Below are positions 52,230 through 64,000 of a stretch of 64,000 nucleotides of DNA, in pieces. Origin of the DNA: Eledone cirrhosa (taxonomy: Eukaryota); NCBI GenBank assembly GCA_964016885.1, contig OZ024741.1, positions 138,570,001 through 138,634,000 on the forward strand. Reading direction: 5' to 3'. How positions within the stretch are numbered: position 1 is the first letter of the stretch; each line of letters begins with the position of its first letter. The notes under the pieces were generated by a model. That model did no database searches and was not told the DNA's origin. It was given only the letters and a program-made list of their open reading frames with translations. The translations under genes and the position numbers were made by a program.

Positions 52230-54455
52230 TACTTGCGTATGATATCAATATGCACAGTACACAAGTTAGCAGAAAACCACCCGAAGGGTGTTTTTTCTGC
52301 TAGTAGACATAATGAGCTGGAGGTATGCAGTTGTTGATATACAAGCTGGTGGCAGAAAGCATATCTAACTTGTTTGCCAGTTTTCAGTATTGGAACAAAC
52401 ATGTTTGGGTGGCGTCTTTTGTGACTGAACGCCCTTTCAATGGAGAACACAGCACACCAAGTCTTCAAAGAGGTCTAGAAAAAGAGGTCCCCACATTGTC
52501 TGTTCCGCCGTCAAGCTGTTCAGCTACCTGCGTCTGACAGCTGTTCATACCGACAGGAAAAACAAGAAGAATAGCAATTTTCAAAATAATAGGATTGCAT
52601 TGAATGTTGCTTCATGGGATATTAGAACACGTCTTGACCGGGAATAATCAACAAATCCAGCACGCAAAACTACTATTGCTAGCAGAGAATTGAGCAGGTA
52701 TAATATTGATATAGCGACATTTCCTGAAACCCGTCTGAGTGTTGAAGTACATATATCGTGCCGGGTGCTGTATGTGGTACATACCAGAAACCTGTAGTGA
52801 CAAGATAAAGGTGCAGATCAGAACGATAATGAGGGCAACAGTGATACAAGTGCCAACACGTATATATGAGTCAAAATTGAAAAGGTTTGAAATGCGAAAT
52901 GCACAGAACAACATTGTCTTTGATGGAACTTAGGAACAGTTTAAAACACAAGTATATAGTGCTGGTACTGATGCAATTGATCTTAAGAAAACAAAGCACA
53001 GTCCCAGTGTCATGATGAAGGTGCTTGAATCACCCTGCGCATTGAAGAGACGAACAATCTGTATGAGAAGTGCCTTGTTGCAGAAGATCCAGTGAGGATC
53101 ACGTTTGAGAAGGTCTTCAAAGAAGCAAAATCAAAATTGCAATGAAAAAACTCGAAAGATTAATAATAACTGGTGGTTCGAAATTTCAGCAGAGATGTAC
53201 AGGGTTTATACACGAAGATACCTGAAGGCATTATACAGCAGAAGGTCTTGCCCTACCGCCCTGAATGATGGCACCATTGAAATCAAAAGATAGGAACGTC
53301 CTCATAAAGATCCTGTTGGAAGTCTGTGGACTGAACACTTTAATGATCTGTTTGATAACCCATGTGTATTTGATTTGAACATTGTTAATGGACTGCCGTA
53401 AAAGGAGACTGTAACAGAGATGGTGAATGATGCAACCATTGTTTATATAATGTCTACTATCAAAGGGGCAAACATAGGGAAAGCTCTAGATTTGAATGGA
53501 ATACCTGTTGTGCTGATCCGCATATGTGGAGGCAATATCGCTATGGCCATTCATAGGCTCATCTTATCATGGTGTGCATGTCCTGCAACACTGGGTAGAT
53601 GTAATTTTGCTCTAAATTTACAAGAGCAGGGGCTCCAAGTTTGAATGTGGTGATTATCGTGGTAAACCCATGTTCGAATCGGTTGGAGAAGTCCTATCCA
53701 AGGTATTATTGAATCGTCTAATAAAATGGATATGCCCTAGTGCCTCCCCGAGACCCAGTTTGTGGAGTAATATGTACATGATTTTCTCAGTCTGCCGCCT
53801 GGTGGAGAAGAGTGTTAAGCAGCAAGTCCCACTGTACCAAGTATTTGTGGACCTTACCGAAGTCTTAAATAAAGTTAATCGTAATGCAACGTAGGTCATA
53901 TTGGGGAAACGTGGATGCCCTCATAAATTTGTTGGAATATAAAAAGATTCCGTTCAAATATGAAAGAAAAGCTGAGCTTCAATGGTCATTTTCATAGGCG
54001 ATTTCAGTGGAGTACGGTGTCAAGTAAAGCCAGATTCCATCATCGACTAAGTTCTCCATCTACCTTGCCGTGCCGTTGATATAAGCTATCAAAGACTTCG
54101 ATATATATACTTGGGCATTAGAACATCTGGCAAAGTCATTAATCTATGGCGCTTTAACCTCAAGTTCAAAACATTTGGCACTATTGTCAGGGAGTTCCTG
54201 GACGCTGATGATGCATATTTTGTGGTACACACTCTAGAGGAAACTCAGTTGATATTGTACACCTTCTCCAATGCATACACTGTGTTTGGGCTAAATATTA
54301 GTATATAAAAGACAAAGGTATGGTACACTCCACCTGGTGGGGAAGTGCATTTCGAGACATACTAAACCGGAAAAGGACTGGAGGTGGTAGACAGCTCTGG
54401 GTGTCTCGGAAGTACACTAAGTAGAGATGGTATCCACGATGCTGAAATAGATCAC
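52230..54455 (+). mobile_element. Decayed, internally deleted RTE (BovB-like) LINE
   Basis: APE: LNVASWDIRT, ELSRYNIDIA..ETR. RT: GKALDLNGIP, VLSKVLLNRL, MIFSVCRLVEK..QVFVDLT, REFLDADD, FGLNISI. Confidence 0.85.
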
Positions 54456-56162
54456 ATATACATTAAATGTAGACTGTGTCCCTTCGTTTGATCTATGTTG
54501 AAAATAATCGTTGATCGAACTCTATAGCATTTAAACAATTTTATGAGAGGTTATTCGTCACGTAAATACCTCTTGTAATATTACATGGAATTTGTTTGTC
54601 AAAAAAGCTTCTTTATTAAGTTTTAAAAAGTCATCAAAGATATGCTTGCTTCAAAGTTTAACGATCATATCTGACAACTTGTTGAAATCAGAAATTTAAA
54701 ATCTGCATCAAAAACAATCAATGCATTTTAATTATTTCCTAACTCCTAACTAAAACTAACAATATTCATTGATAACTGACTGATTGGTTCCTGGCAAATA
54801 TCACACTATTGAATAATCGATCAGGTTTCTGCTAGTGAACGTGATAGATCAAATTTTATATTGTCTCATTTTTGAAGGTTGATTCGATTTAATTAGATAC
54901 AAACAACTGTCTTCCGATAAAGGAGAGTAAACTTGTTCTCCAGATTAATCTCCAAGAGAAAAGTGATAGGAGACCGCTATCACGATTCTCCATTTTCATT
55001 GGTTATTTGCTATTCCTTGCTCTTCTCAGTAGATGTTTGTACTGCGAAGAATTTTATGACCACACATATTACTAGACATCATTTTAGAATTTTCAGAAAA
55101 TACCATATTTATTCTTCCTTTCTATACTTTCTATATTCCTATCATCGCGTTAGTATGTGTTGATATAAACTTTACTCTTAAACCGATTGATGTATTATAT
55201 TTTATGATGTTTTGCTTTTTTAGTTTATGTAAATTCACTGATAATTCGGGTGTTTAGCTCAAAACACTGGATTATGAAACGAACACCCGAACAAATGAAT
55301 CGTGTGCCTCTATAGAGCTATTGTTTGAGAGCAAAATCACTATGATTAAATGATTCCAACTCATGTACCACGATTTTAATATTGTTCACTATAGAAAAGA
55401 TGAAATGCCATATAATGACTATATCCGGTGCAGCTTGGAAAGTAATTTTCTAACGTAAACATCTCATTTATATTCGTACACACGATATTATATACATATG
55501 TTTTGACTTCGCTCCGATAACTTTCACTTAAGCTCATTTCACTCGCCATTTCCAATGTTAATAAGGCAATAAGGCATTAAAGGTTTTACATACTGAATGT
55601 ACATCAAAGTTCGCCGGATTATGTATGTAGTAATGAGTTTAGTAAAGAGCTTCAGACGCATAACCCAGCAATCTGTGTCGTTTGAATTTTCGACTGGGTA
55701 ACGTGTTGTGGTTTTGAAAAAGAACATTTCCACATTATTTTTCTAATAATACTAGGGCCCCTACTATTGAATCTCCACACAAACCCCTATGAATTCCAAC
55801 CTAATAGGAACCCTGTTAAACCTGTATATGTGAGCTGTAAATTTCATTATTTGTAATATCAAACATGCTTCATTTTCTTACAAATTTAGAATATCATCAA
55901 TTATAGAAAACCCTTCAATTGAAATGTAATTCATTAAAACATTATAAAATTGAAACAGGTCTATTTCCTTCACCTTGTTGGCTTATATACAGCGCCCTTT
56001 CCTATTCTATTGTCTTCAATTGTTTAAAACATTGGATCAGCCACGAATATGTGTATTCTATAACCCGTCACCTGGTGTTGCCAGGAGTTTCAGTTTTAAA
56101 ATTGAAAAGAGACTCTTGGTTCATTTAAAAAAGAAAGAAAGAGAGAGAGAGATACGGAGATG

Positions 56163-56275
<113 letters not shown>

Positions 56276-57789
56276 TCCTTGATTTTGTAATGTGCAGTGT
56301 TTTAGAGATACATTGAAACATTGTAGTTCAAACACAGGATTCAACTGATCAGTTTCTACGAATATTAAGCATCAGTATGAGACATTGAAAGAAGGTTGAG
56401 GGAAATATATTATTAGCTCCAGTCAGTATTTATTATAATATACACAACCTCCGTTTAATGAAAGATTAGACTGTCAATTTGCATAACTGTGTAAACCAGA
56501 CATTGAGAATTAACGAATTTACAAAATACTGTGCATGTCAATATGCTAGTTATGTTATGGATCCTTATTTATTGAGACCCATTTACTCCGCACAGTGTTA
56601 CGCAATTCAAAGAACACATGGACATACACAAATATACAGTCACATACTCACACATATACAACCACAACATAAACATATTACATTCCTCTAAAATATATCG
56701 AAAATGACACACGTTTATATGGAATGTTGAACACAGGATCATGATACAAGCTCCTTAACCGAGGAAACATGCCGTCCCATACCCATATTATTTGCATGCA
56801 GTCGCAAATATTCACATGTAATCTATCTTTACAAGATGTTTCATATGAAATTTCAATAATACAAACGCAAATAATGAAAATACAAATATCAAGAAACGAT
56901 AATTTAAAATAAAAATGCAAATGTAAAAATGAAAATGAAAAAAAAAAAAAAAAGATAACCATTTCTTAATTTAATTACAACAGATCAAATGCCTTCAAGT
57001 GCATACTCAAATAACTTAACTCAAATTTCATCAAAGCTAAATCCAAAGTTGTTTGATTAATGGAATAGTTCCTTCTTGATATTGCATTGTGGGCAATCTT
57101 GTACCGAACCGAAATCAAGACGTAACACGAGAAAAAACATTCATGTGAGTGCGTACATGCGTATATGCATGTATGTGTGTGTGTGTGTGAGTGTGTGTGT
57201 GTGAGCGTACAGGCTTTATCAAGGTTCATATCTCACAGGCCTACTTTCTATATATAATACCGCTTCCAAACATCCCTGCGTATATTCACACAAGTGTCTA
57301 ACATAATATCTCACACCCTCAGTATCAATAAACTCACTGGCACAAACAGTGTGTTGGATTTCAACATCAACAATTAAAAGTGCAGATAGTAAAATGTGAT
57401 ATATAATCTGTAACTGCATGCAACATGCTTTCATGTATGTAGTTACGGCCCTATACTTTCTGAGTTAAAATCCCGCCGAGGTGAGCTTTGCCTTTTTCCA
57501 CACGGGGTCGAAAAAGCAAAGGAACAGTAACGCAATTAGATCAACCTAAAGCCCTTCTCTTGAAATTTCTGGTCCAAATAGTGTACTGATTTCAGTAATA
57601 TCAAAATAATAATTGTTCTAGTCAAGTTTAATATTTTTGTCGAACTGATAAACTCTAAGAAAACACCCAAAGACACAAGCACGTATATATATGTGTGTGT
57701 GTGACAGCTCACACCTATACAGGTTTAGTTAGCCTCCTCCAAGGGATATCACGTTGCAGGTGTCTTGGGTAATTTTAATGATAGGGACC

Positions 57790-58236
<447 letters not shown>

Positions 58237-58447
58237 TTGTGTGTGTGTTTGATAGTATTTTGTAGCGTCCGTCCACCATTGTCCACTCTCAAAGCTATAG
58301 CAGGAGTGATGGCTAAAGAATGAGCCATGAGGATGTCAATCGAAATCATTAATCATAGACACGCTTCAGTTCATAGTTTATCATTTCTCTGATACTCTCT
58401 AAAACTAATACAATATCAGACAAATGTAATTTGTCTAACTCTGCAAC

Positions 58448-58598
58448 AAGCAGGGGCAACATATTTTGAGCAGTGGGCTCGAGATGTGGCACTTGATAAG
58501 GTAGGGAGAACTAGAAAAAGTTTTGAATTAGGAGTATTTTTCAGAAAGCCAAGTGGGCCGAAAGCGACTCCTTGGCCGCAGTTTGCTCATGACCGGTC
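58448..58598. mobile_element. hAT (Charlie-like) MITE, decayed
   Basis: CAGGGGCAAC..GTGGGC start and GGGCCG..GGCCGCAGTTTGCTCATGACCG end are typical hAT MITE subterminal motifs. Confidence 0.5.
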
Positions 58599-59035
58599 TA
58601 CAGTATAACATAATTGGTTGGAAGAATGATTTATGACATATTACTATTGTAAATATATATTTTAAGCTACAGGTTTTTATATAATGTTGTCTGGCATGTT
58701 TGTTTTAGTAGCAATGTTCACTGGTAGATGTATCTAGAATGTGAGCGTTCGTGTGGTTTTGGTTGCCTTTGGATCCAACAACACATCTTCCATTTTTTTA
58801 AATCAGTGGAACAGCCTTTTGAAGAGACTAACATACACGTGGCAGAATATCCACCATAAAAATGCAGGCTAAACATATTTCTTGAAAAAATTCAGCCTAA
58901 CAGAGTGTGAACGGCAAAGCAGGTCATTTGAATTATACGATGAATTGTTGATATTTATGAAAGAATATGTGCTGTATTTCCATTGGTTTAAATATCGAAT
59001 GCTCCACCGTTTGTTCTACAATGTACATGAACAAT

Positions 59036-59037
<2 letters not shown>

Positions 59038-59110
<73 letters not shown>

Positions 59111-59200
59111 GCGTGTGCGCGTGTGTGTGTGTTGTGTGTGTGTGTATGTGTGTATTTGTGTGTATATGTGTGTGTATTTGTGAGTGTGTGTGCGTGTGTG
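59038..59200. repeat. (TG)n microsatellite
   Basis: Read directly from the sequence. Confidence 0.95.
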
Positions 59201-59674
59201 GCTGGTGAGCCTGCCACGTTTCCGTCGTCGAGTTTGATCAACAGAGCAGTTATTTGACCAACTGAACAGTCTGCTGCAGAATCTAGCTTGCACAATGCTG
59301 AACATATATTCTTAATGTACGTTGAGCGAGATTCTGTAGGACAGTGTGTGACAAGGATTAACATTCGAATCACTGATAAAATTGTTTCTATTTAGCGGAG
59401 TGGGGCAACGTGAACAGTGACAGCTTCGATACCTCAAATCACCGTGGGGAATCGAAATTATGACTTTACGGTCATGATTCAAGCATCGTAATCACTAAAA
59501 TGTTAAAATACGTACGTAATAGGAGATCTAAACAGATTTTGATATAACATGAATCCAGGTAGTAGCCATAAAATTAATTAATGAACTAGATGTAATTAAT
59601 GATTAATTAGCAGACTGACATGTTGGTATTTTCAAACGTTAAGGTTATTTGACATGGAAAGTTCTATATCCCCC

Positions 59675-60300
59675 ATATCCAGATATAAATGGTCGCATCG
59701 GTAATGCTGGCCTCACCTCCTGTCGTCTATGCGCTCGGCCCTGGAACAGACATGAAATTAAACTGACCACCAAAATTCGGATCTACCAAGCCCTTGTCCG
59801 AACAATCCTGCTATACGGCTGCGAAACCTGGCCACTGAGCGCAGGGGACATGCACAAACTCGAAGTGTTCGGCCATCATTGTTTACGCCGCATCCTTCGT
59901 GTTCGCTGGCAACAATTCATCTCGAATTCTGCAATCCGTGCATGCTGCAAAATCTCCTCCCTCGAGCAGACTCTTCTCACGAAGCGTGTTTGCTAGCTTG
60001 GTCATGCTTTCCGTCGACAACCGGACGACTTCATCCGCGAAGCCATTGATCCATCTCCTCCGTTGGGATGGAGAAAACGTCGTGGAGGCCAACTGTAAAC
60101 GTGGCTTAGGACGGTGAGGCAAGACACTGAGTTGATCTTAGGCCCACGCCTGTATGGGGTTAGGCGATGGAACCGCGAATGGCTAACACTCATATATTCG
60201 ATAGCGTCGGACCGTCGTACTTGGTCGGCCTTCATTACGGATACGGTAAATTCCTTGGATGGAGCCGGCTCAACCGTCCCAGGGTGAATGCCGCCACACA
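59675..60300 (+). mobile_element. RTE-clade LINE 3' fragment
   Basis: [56 protein letters not shown]. Confidence 0.9.
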
Positions 60301-60968
60301 CACTTATCCAGACACTTATGCTCTCTTTTCCGGTCCCCCTTCCTGTATCCACCAACCAGCATAACTCTCATAATGTTTAACTTATTGTTATTCTCCCCTA
60401 GAAACACTAACGATGATATATACACAAACGTACAGGCGTACACACAAACACAAAACGATATCTGCAAGTATAGATACTGGAATTTCATTCAGATCATGCT
60501 TGACTGTCTTATGGTTGGATTCAATTTAAAAACCTTGCATCAATACCTATATATATATTGATATTCTTGTATTCAGCCATGTAGAGCGATATTACTATAT
60601 GTTAGTTATTTCAATATGGCAAAGCCGGCCATTAGTCGCTTGTTTACATAAATCTGATTGGCCTATCTGCTGATATGCATATTGGGCTGATCAGTGGGTC
60701 TGCTAATATGCAGACCTGACTGATCAGGCAGTCTGCTAATATGCAAGTCAGGTCGATCAGTCTCTGTATATTCAGGAAAATATCATAAATTTTCACTAGC
60801 TCTAGCAATTGGCAGGTAAACTGTATATGGTACTAATGAATGGTATTCAACCAGAAACATTAGCGTCTGTCGTTCTGTTAATATGCCAACACAAGAGCAA
60901 GTATGAAGAGGTTGTTCTACTCACATGGCTTAAGAAGCCGTTTGCATAATTGCAAACGAATTGAATAT

Positions 60969-61262
60969 TGGTGGATTGGCAGAATCAGTGGAGGGTCGGA
61001 CAAAATGCTTTCCAGCACAGTTATGTCCCTTTACGGTCTGGCTTCAAATCCCTTCGAGGTTGACTTTGCCTTTCATCCTTACGGGGTCGATAAAATAAAG
61101 TACCAGTAATGCACTGGGTAATTGCTGGCCTTGTGCCAAATGTAGAAACAATTATTAATATGCCGAGGTTAACTTTGCATTTCATCATTACGGAGTGGAT
61201 ACAATAATGTACCAGTAATATACTAGGTAATTCTGGCCCTGTGCTAAAAGTAGAAATAATTA
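60969..61262 (+). mobile_element. Nin-type SINE plus adjacent 5'-truncated copy
   Basis: 60969-61155 is near full length, and 61162-61262 is the 3' half. Confidence 0.85.
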
Positions 61263-61322
61263 TTAGCGTTTGAAAAACTCAGAATTACATTTATGTATAT
61301 ATAAATATGAATGTTATAGTAA

Positions 61323-61432
<110 letters not shown>

Positions 61433-61442
61433 CGTATATGTA

Positions 61443-61631
61443 AAATGTAAATAACAAATTAAGCGACACAATATATCGAAGAAAGGTATTAGTTTAACGC
61501 TTGAAAGGGGAAGGAACAGAATCTTAAATTTTCGGACACTACTCCTTCACCAGAAGATAGAATTAGAAATAAAACATAAACAAAAAAATAAAGAGTGAGA
61601 AACCATTTTGGAATTGACAAAGTATATTCTT

Positions 61632-61632
<1 letters not shown>
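61443..61632 (-). mobile_element. Solo pLTR-like element with minimal HHR variant
   Basis: atctt CTGGTGA agga gtagtg tcc GAAA at TT aagat at 61521-61558 (-). Bounded by microsatellites. Confidence 0.65.
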
Positions 61633-61687
<55 letters not shown>

Positions 61688-61744
61688 TAAACGGAAATTG
61701 CAGGAGAACCAGAAGAAGAAACAAACCTCCGATGGGAACTTACA

Positions 61745-62602
61745 TTGACAAAATTCAGGACCGACATCTCTATTTCTGAATGTAAACAATCCCGCTACAA
61801 AGCCAAATATGAAGCTATTGATGACCAAATGGAAGTTAAAATTTCAAAGCTAACGCCTGGTATTATAGCTGAAAAACTACGAGAACTATGGATCGGAGAT
61901 ATCTCAAAAGAAGAAAACAAATCAAGAAAGGTATGGCAGCAGAAACAATTATTTCTCGATGAATATGCTGCAAATTACGGTAAAGACTCTGGAACCCTGA
62001 GAAAAAGCATTAAAAGTGGACAATCTCATCAACACAACATACGCCAGAACACGTGCCAACACAAACACTCACTTTACCTGGAATCAAAGAAGAACTACTG
62101 TAATAACTCTTCGCTTTTTCTACAAAAACACCCTATCGCACACAACATGAACAAAAAGCACAAACACGATAGATATTCCTTTGACCAGACCATGAGAAGT
62201 AGTAAAACCAGGAGATCATTCTCAAGATCTCAACAGAGACTACCAACAAGGAATGTGGAAACAAAACGTAGAATAACCAGATCACTCTCAAGATCTCAAC
62301 AGAGATTGCCCACAAGAAACTGGACGAAAAAACGATCTAAACCTGAAAGCAAACCTAGGTCATTTTCCCAGATTGTTAAAAAGAATGCTAACAGGAAGAA
62401 AAATAATATACAGAATACCAAAAATAGGACAAAATACATAACGAAACCAAATATAATATCACGACCAAAAGTTCATCAAGCGAACACAAACAGGAATATA
62501 AATCCTGAACAGAGAAAAATCCATTTTTTAACGTCAGGACAACAAAAACCGGAAAAAGAAAAACTCCAGGAGGAAACATACCCAAAACAGCTGTACACGT
62601 AG
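61745..62602 (+). CDS. Penelope upstream ORF (helical/charged N-part, K/R/S-rich C-part), probably 5'-truncated
   Basis: 285-codon open frame in AT-rich DNA with an internal repeat (RSFSRSQQRLPTRN / RSLSRSQQRLPTRN). Overlaps the RT frame. Confidence 0.6.
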   Translation: MTKFRTDISISECKQSRYKAKYEAIDDQMEVKISKLTPGIIAEKLRELWIGDISKEENKSRKVWQQKQLFLDEYAANYGKDSGTLRKSIKSGQSHQHNIRQNTCQHKHSLYLESKKNYCNNSSLFLQKHPIAHNMNKKHKHDRYSFDQTMRSSKTRRSFSRSQQRLPTRNVETKRRITRSLSRSQQRLPTRNWTKKRSKPESKPRSFSQIVKKNANRKKNNIQNTKNRTKYITKPNIISRPKVHQANTNRNINPEQRKIHFLTSGQQKPEKEKLQEETYPKQLYT

Positions 62603-64000
62603 ATCCTAAAATAATTAATTTATCTAAAAGAGATCTTGACAATGATGAAATGCAAATTCTGTCAAAAGGACTGAAATTCACACCGACTCCAACAGTCAAC
62701 CACCAAGAACTGAAGGAGGATACCCAAGAATTCTGTCGAAAATTACGTCTTATAGAATTCTTTGGTGATAAAAATAATGAGAGTGATGAATCACTAGTAA
62801 AGAATAAATCAAATTTCACTCCGCCAAAAGGAAGAAATATCTATCTCGACCAATACATTGACATCCTGTCTAAATTTCCTCTTAGACATAATACTAATGT
62901 TAGGCCAAACATTAACAAATCAGAAATGTCTGCACTTAAACGTATACAAAATGATAAAACAATAATAATTAAACAAGCAGATAAAGGGGGAGCAATTGTT
63001 ATAATGGATACTGAATACTACAAGGATTTGGTTGAGGAACAACTGAAAGACACAACATTCTATCATGAAATACCGTCAAATATAGACCACAACATCATGA
63101 AGAAGATCAACAACCTGGCTTCAAAATACCACAACTCATTTACTGATAAGGAAAGAGACTACATCACCAATTTTGAGCTGAAACCCAGCAACCTGTATGG
63201 GCTACCGAAAGTTCATAAGTCAAAAGAAATACAACTGGCAGTAAGAGAATAAAACAGTGAGTACATTAAATTATTACACTCAAAAGACTTAAAACTTAGA
63301 CCTATTAAAGCTGGTCCAACATGCCCCACCCACCTTCTAAGCAATTTCGTTGACATTATTTTGAAACCACTATGTATTCACATACCCAGTTTCATCCGGG
63401 ATGATATCGACTTCCTGTCCCATCTTCCCAAAACTACGGAAACGAATTCACTTCTACTCAGTTTTGATGTGGTAAGCCTTTACACCAACATTACACATGA
63501 TTTAGGAATAAAGGCGGTTAAATACTGGGTGGAAAAACATAGAGAAGTGATTCCCATTAGATTCACAGCGCCATTTATATTAGACGCGGTTAAACTTATG
63601 CTGGAAAACAACACTTTCTTCTTCAATGGAAAGAATTACATCCAAATTAGAGGCACAGCGATGAGAACGAAGTTTGCTCCCGTTTACGCGAACTCTGTAA
63701 TGGGATACTTAGAACAACAACTCTACCAAGAAATAGAGGAAAAATATAGTACTGACTTTAGAAAGTACATTGAACAATCTTGGAAGAGATACCTTGACGA
63801 CTGTTTCATCATCTGGACAGAATCTCTAGATACTCTGGATGAGTTCAATATCCTCCTGAATAACCTACACCCATCTCTCCAATTCACAAAAGAGATGAGT
63901 AGGACCAAATTACCATTCCTAGATATAATGATAATTAAAAACGACACCACCATTACCACGGATATATATTATAAACACACAGACACCCATCAATATCTGA
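62509..64000 (+). pseudogene. Penelope reverse transcriptase ORF (in-frame stop at 63250-63252)
   Basis: IINLS, ILSKGLKFTPTP, IIKQADKGGAIVIMD, YGLPKVHK, FDVVSLYTNI, WKRYLDD, LPFLDI. Confidence 0.93.

Larger units (their letters stand above)
61686..64000 (+). mobile_element. Young Penelope-like element, 5' part (runs off the window)
   Basis: Begins at (TA)n. An upstream basic ORF is followed by the RT ORF. Same family as 31140-32885. Confidence 0.93.

Overview
AT-rich animal DNA packed with microsatellites and transposons. The Nin-domain SINEs and (TA)n/(CA)n density suggest an octopod or other mollusc genome (inference). No intact host gene is recognisable, and most ORFs in the track are microsatellite translations. 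The window holds Penelope-like retroelements (RT + GIY-YIG), RTE, CRE, R4/Dong and L1/Tx1-type LINE fragments, tRNA-derived SINEs and a few DNA MITEs. The main signal is a hammerhead-ribozyme (HHR) system, with more than 20 intact or decayed type I HHR motifs read by eye. It includes (1) a very young retrozyme-like array of 310-bp HHR-bearing units arranged as an inverted multimer (about 4 units versus about 2, 12153-14047), and (2) at least seven (TA)n-associated inverted-repeat elements whose arms each carry an outward-pointing HHR, some enclosing a Penelope ORF, with arm end-points that recur within a family. A young Penelope copy at the window end has two overlapping ORFs with an in-frame T TTT TTA slippery site, suggesting programmed -1 frameshifting. 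Coordinates were counted by eye and may be off by a few bases.
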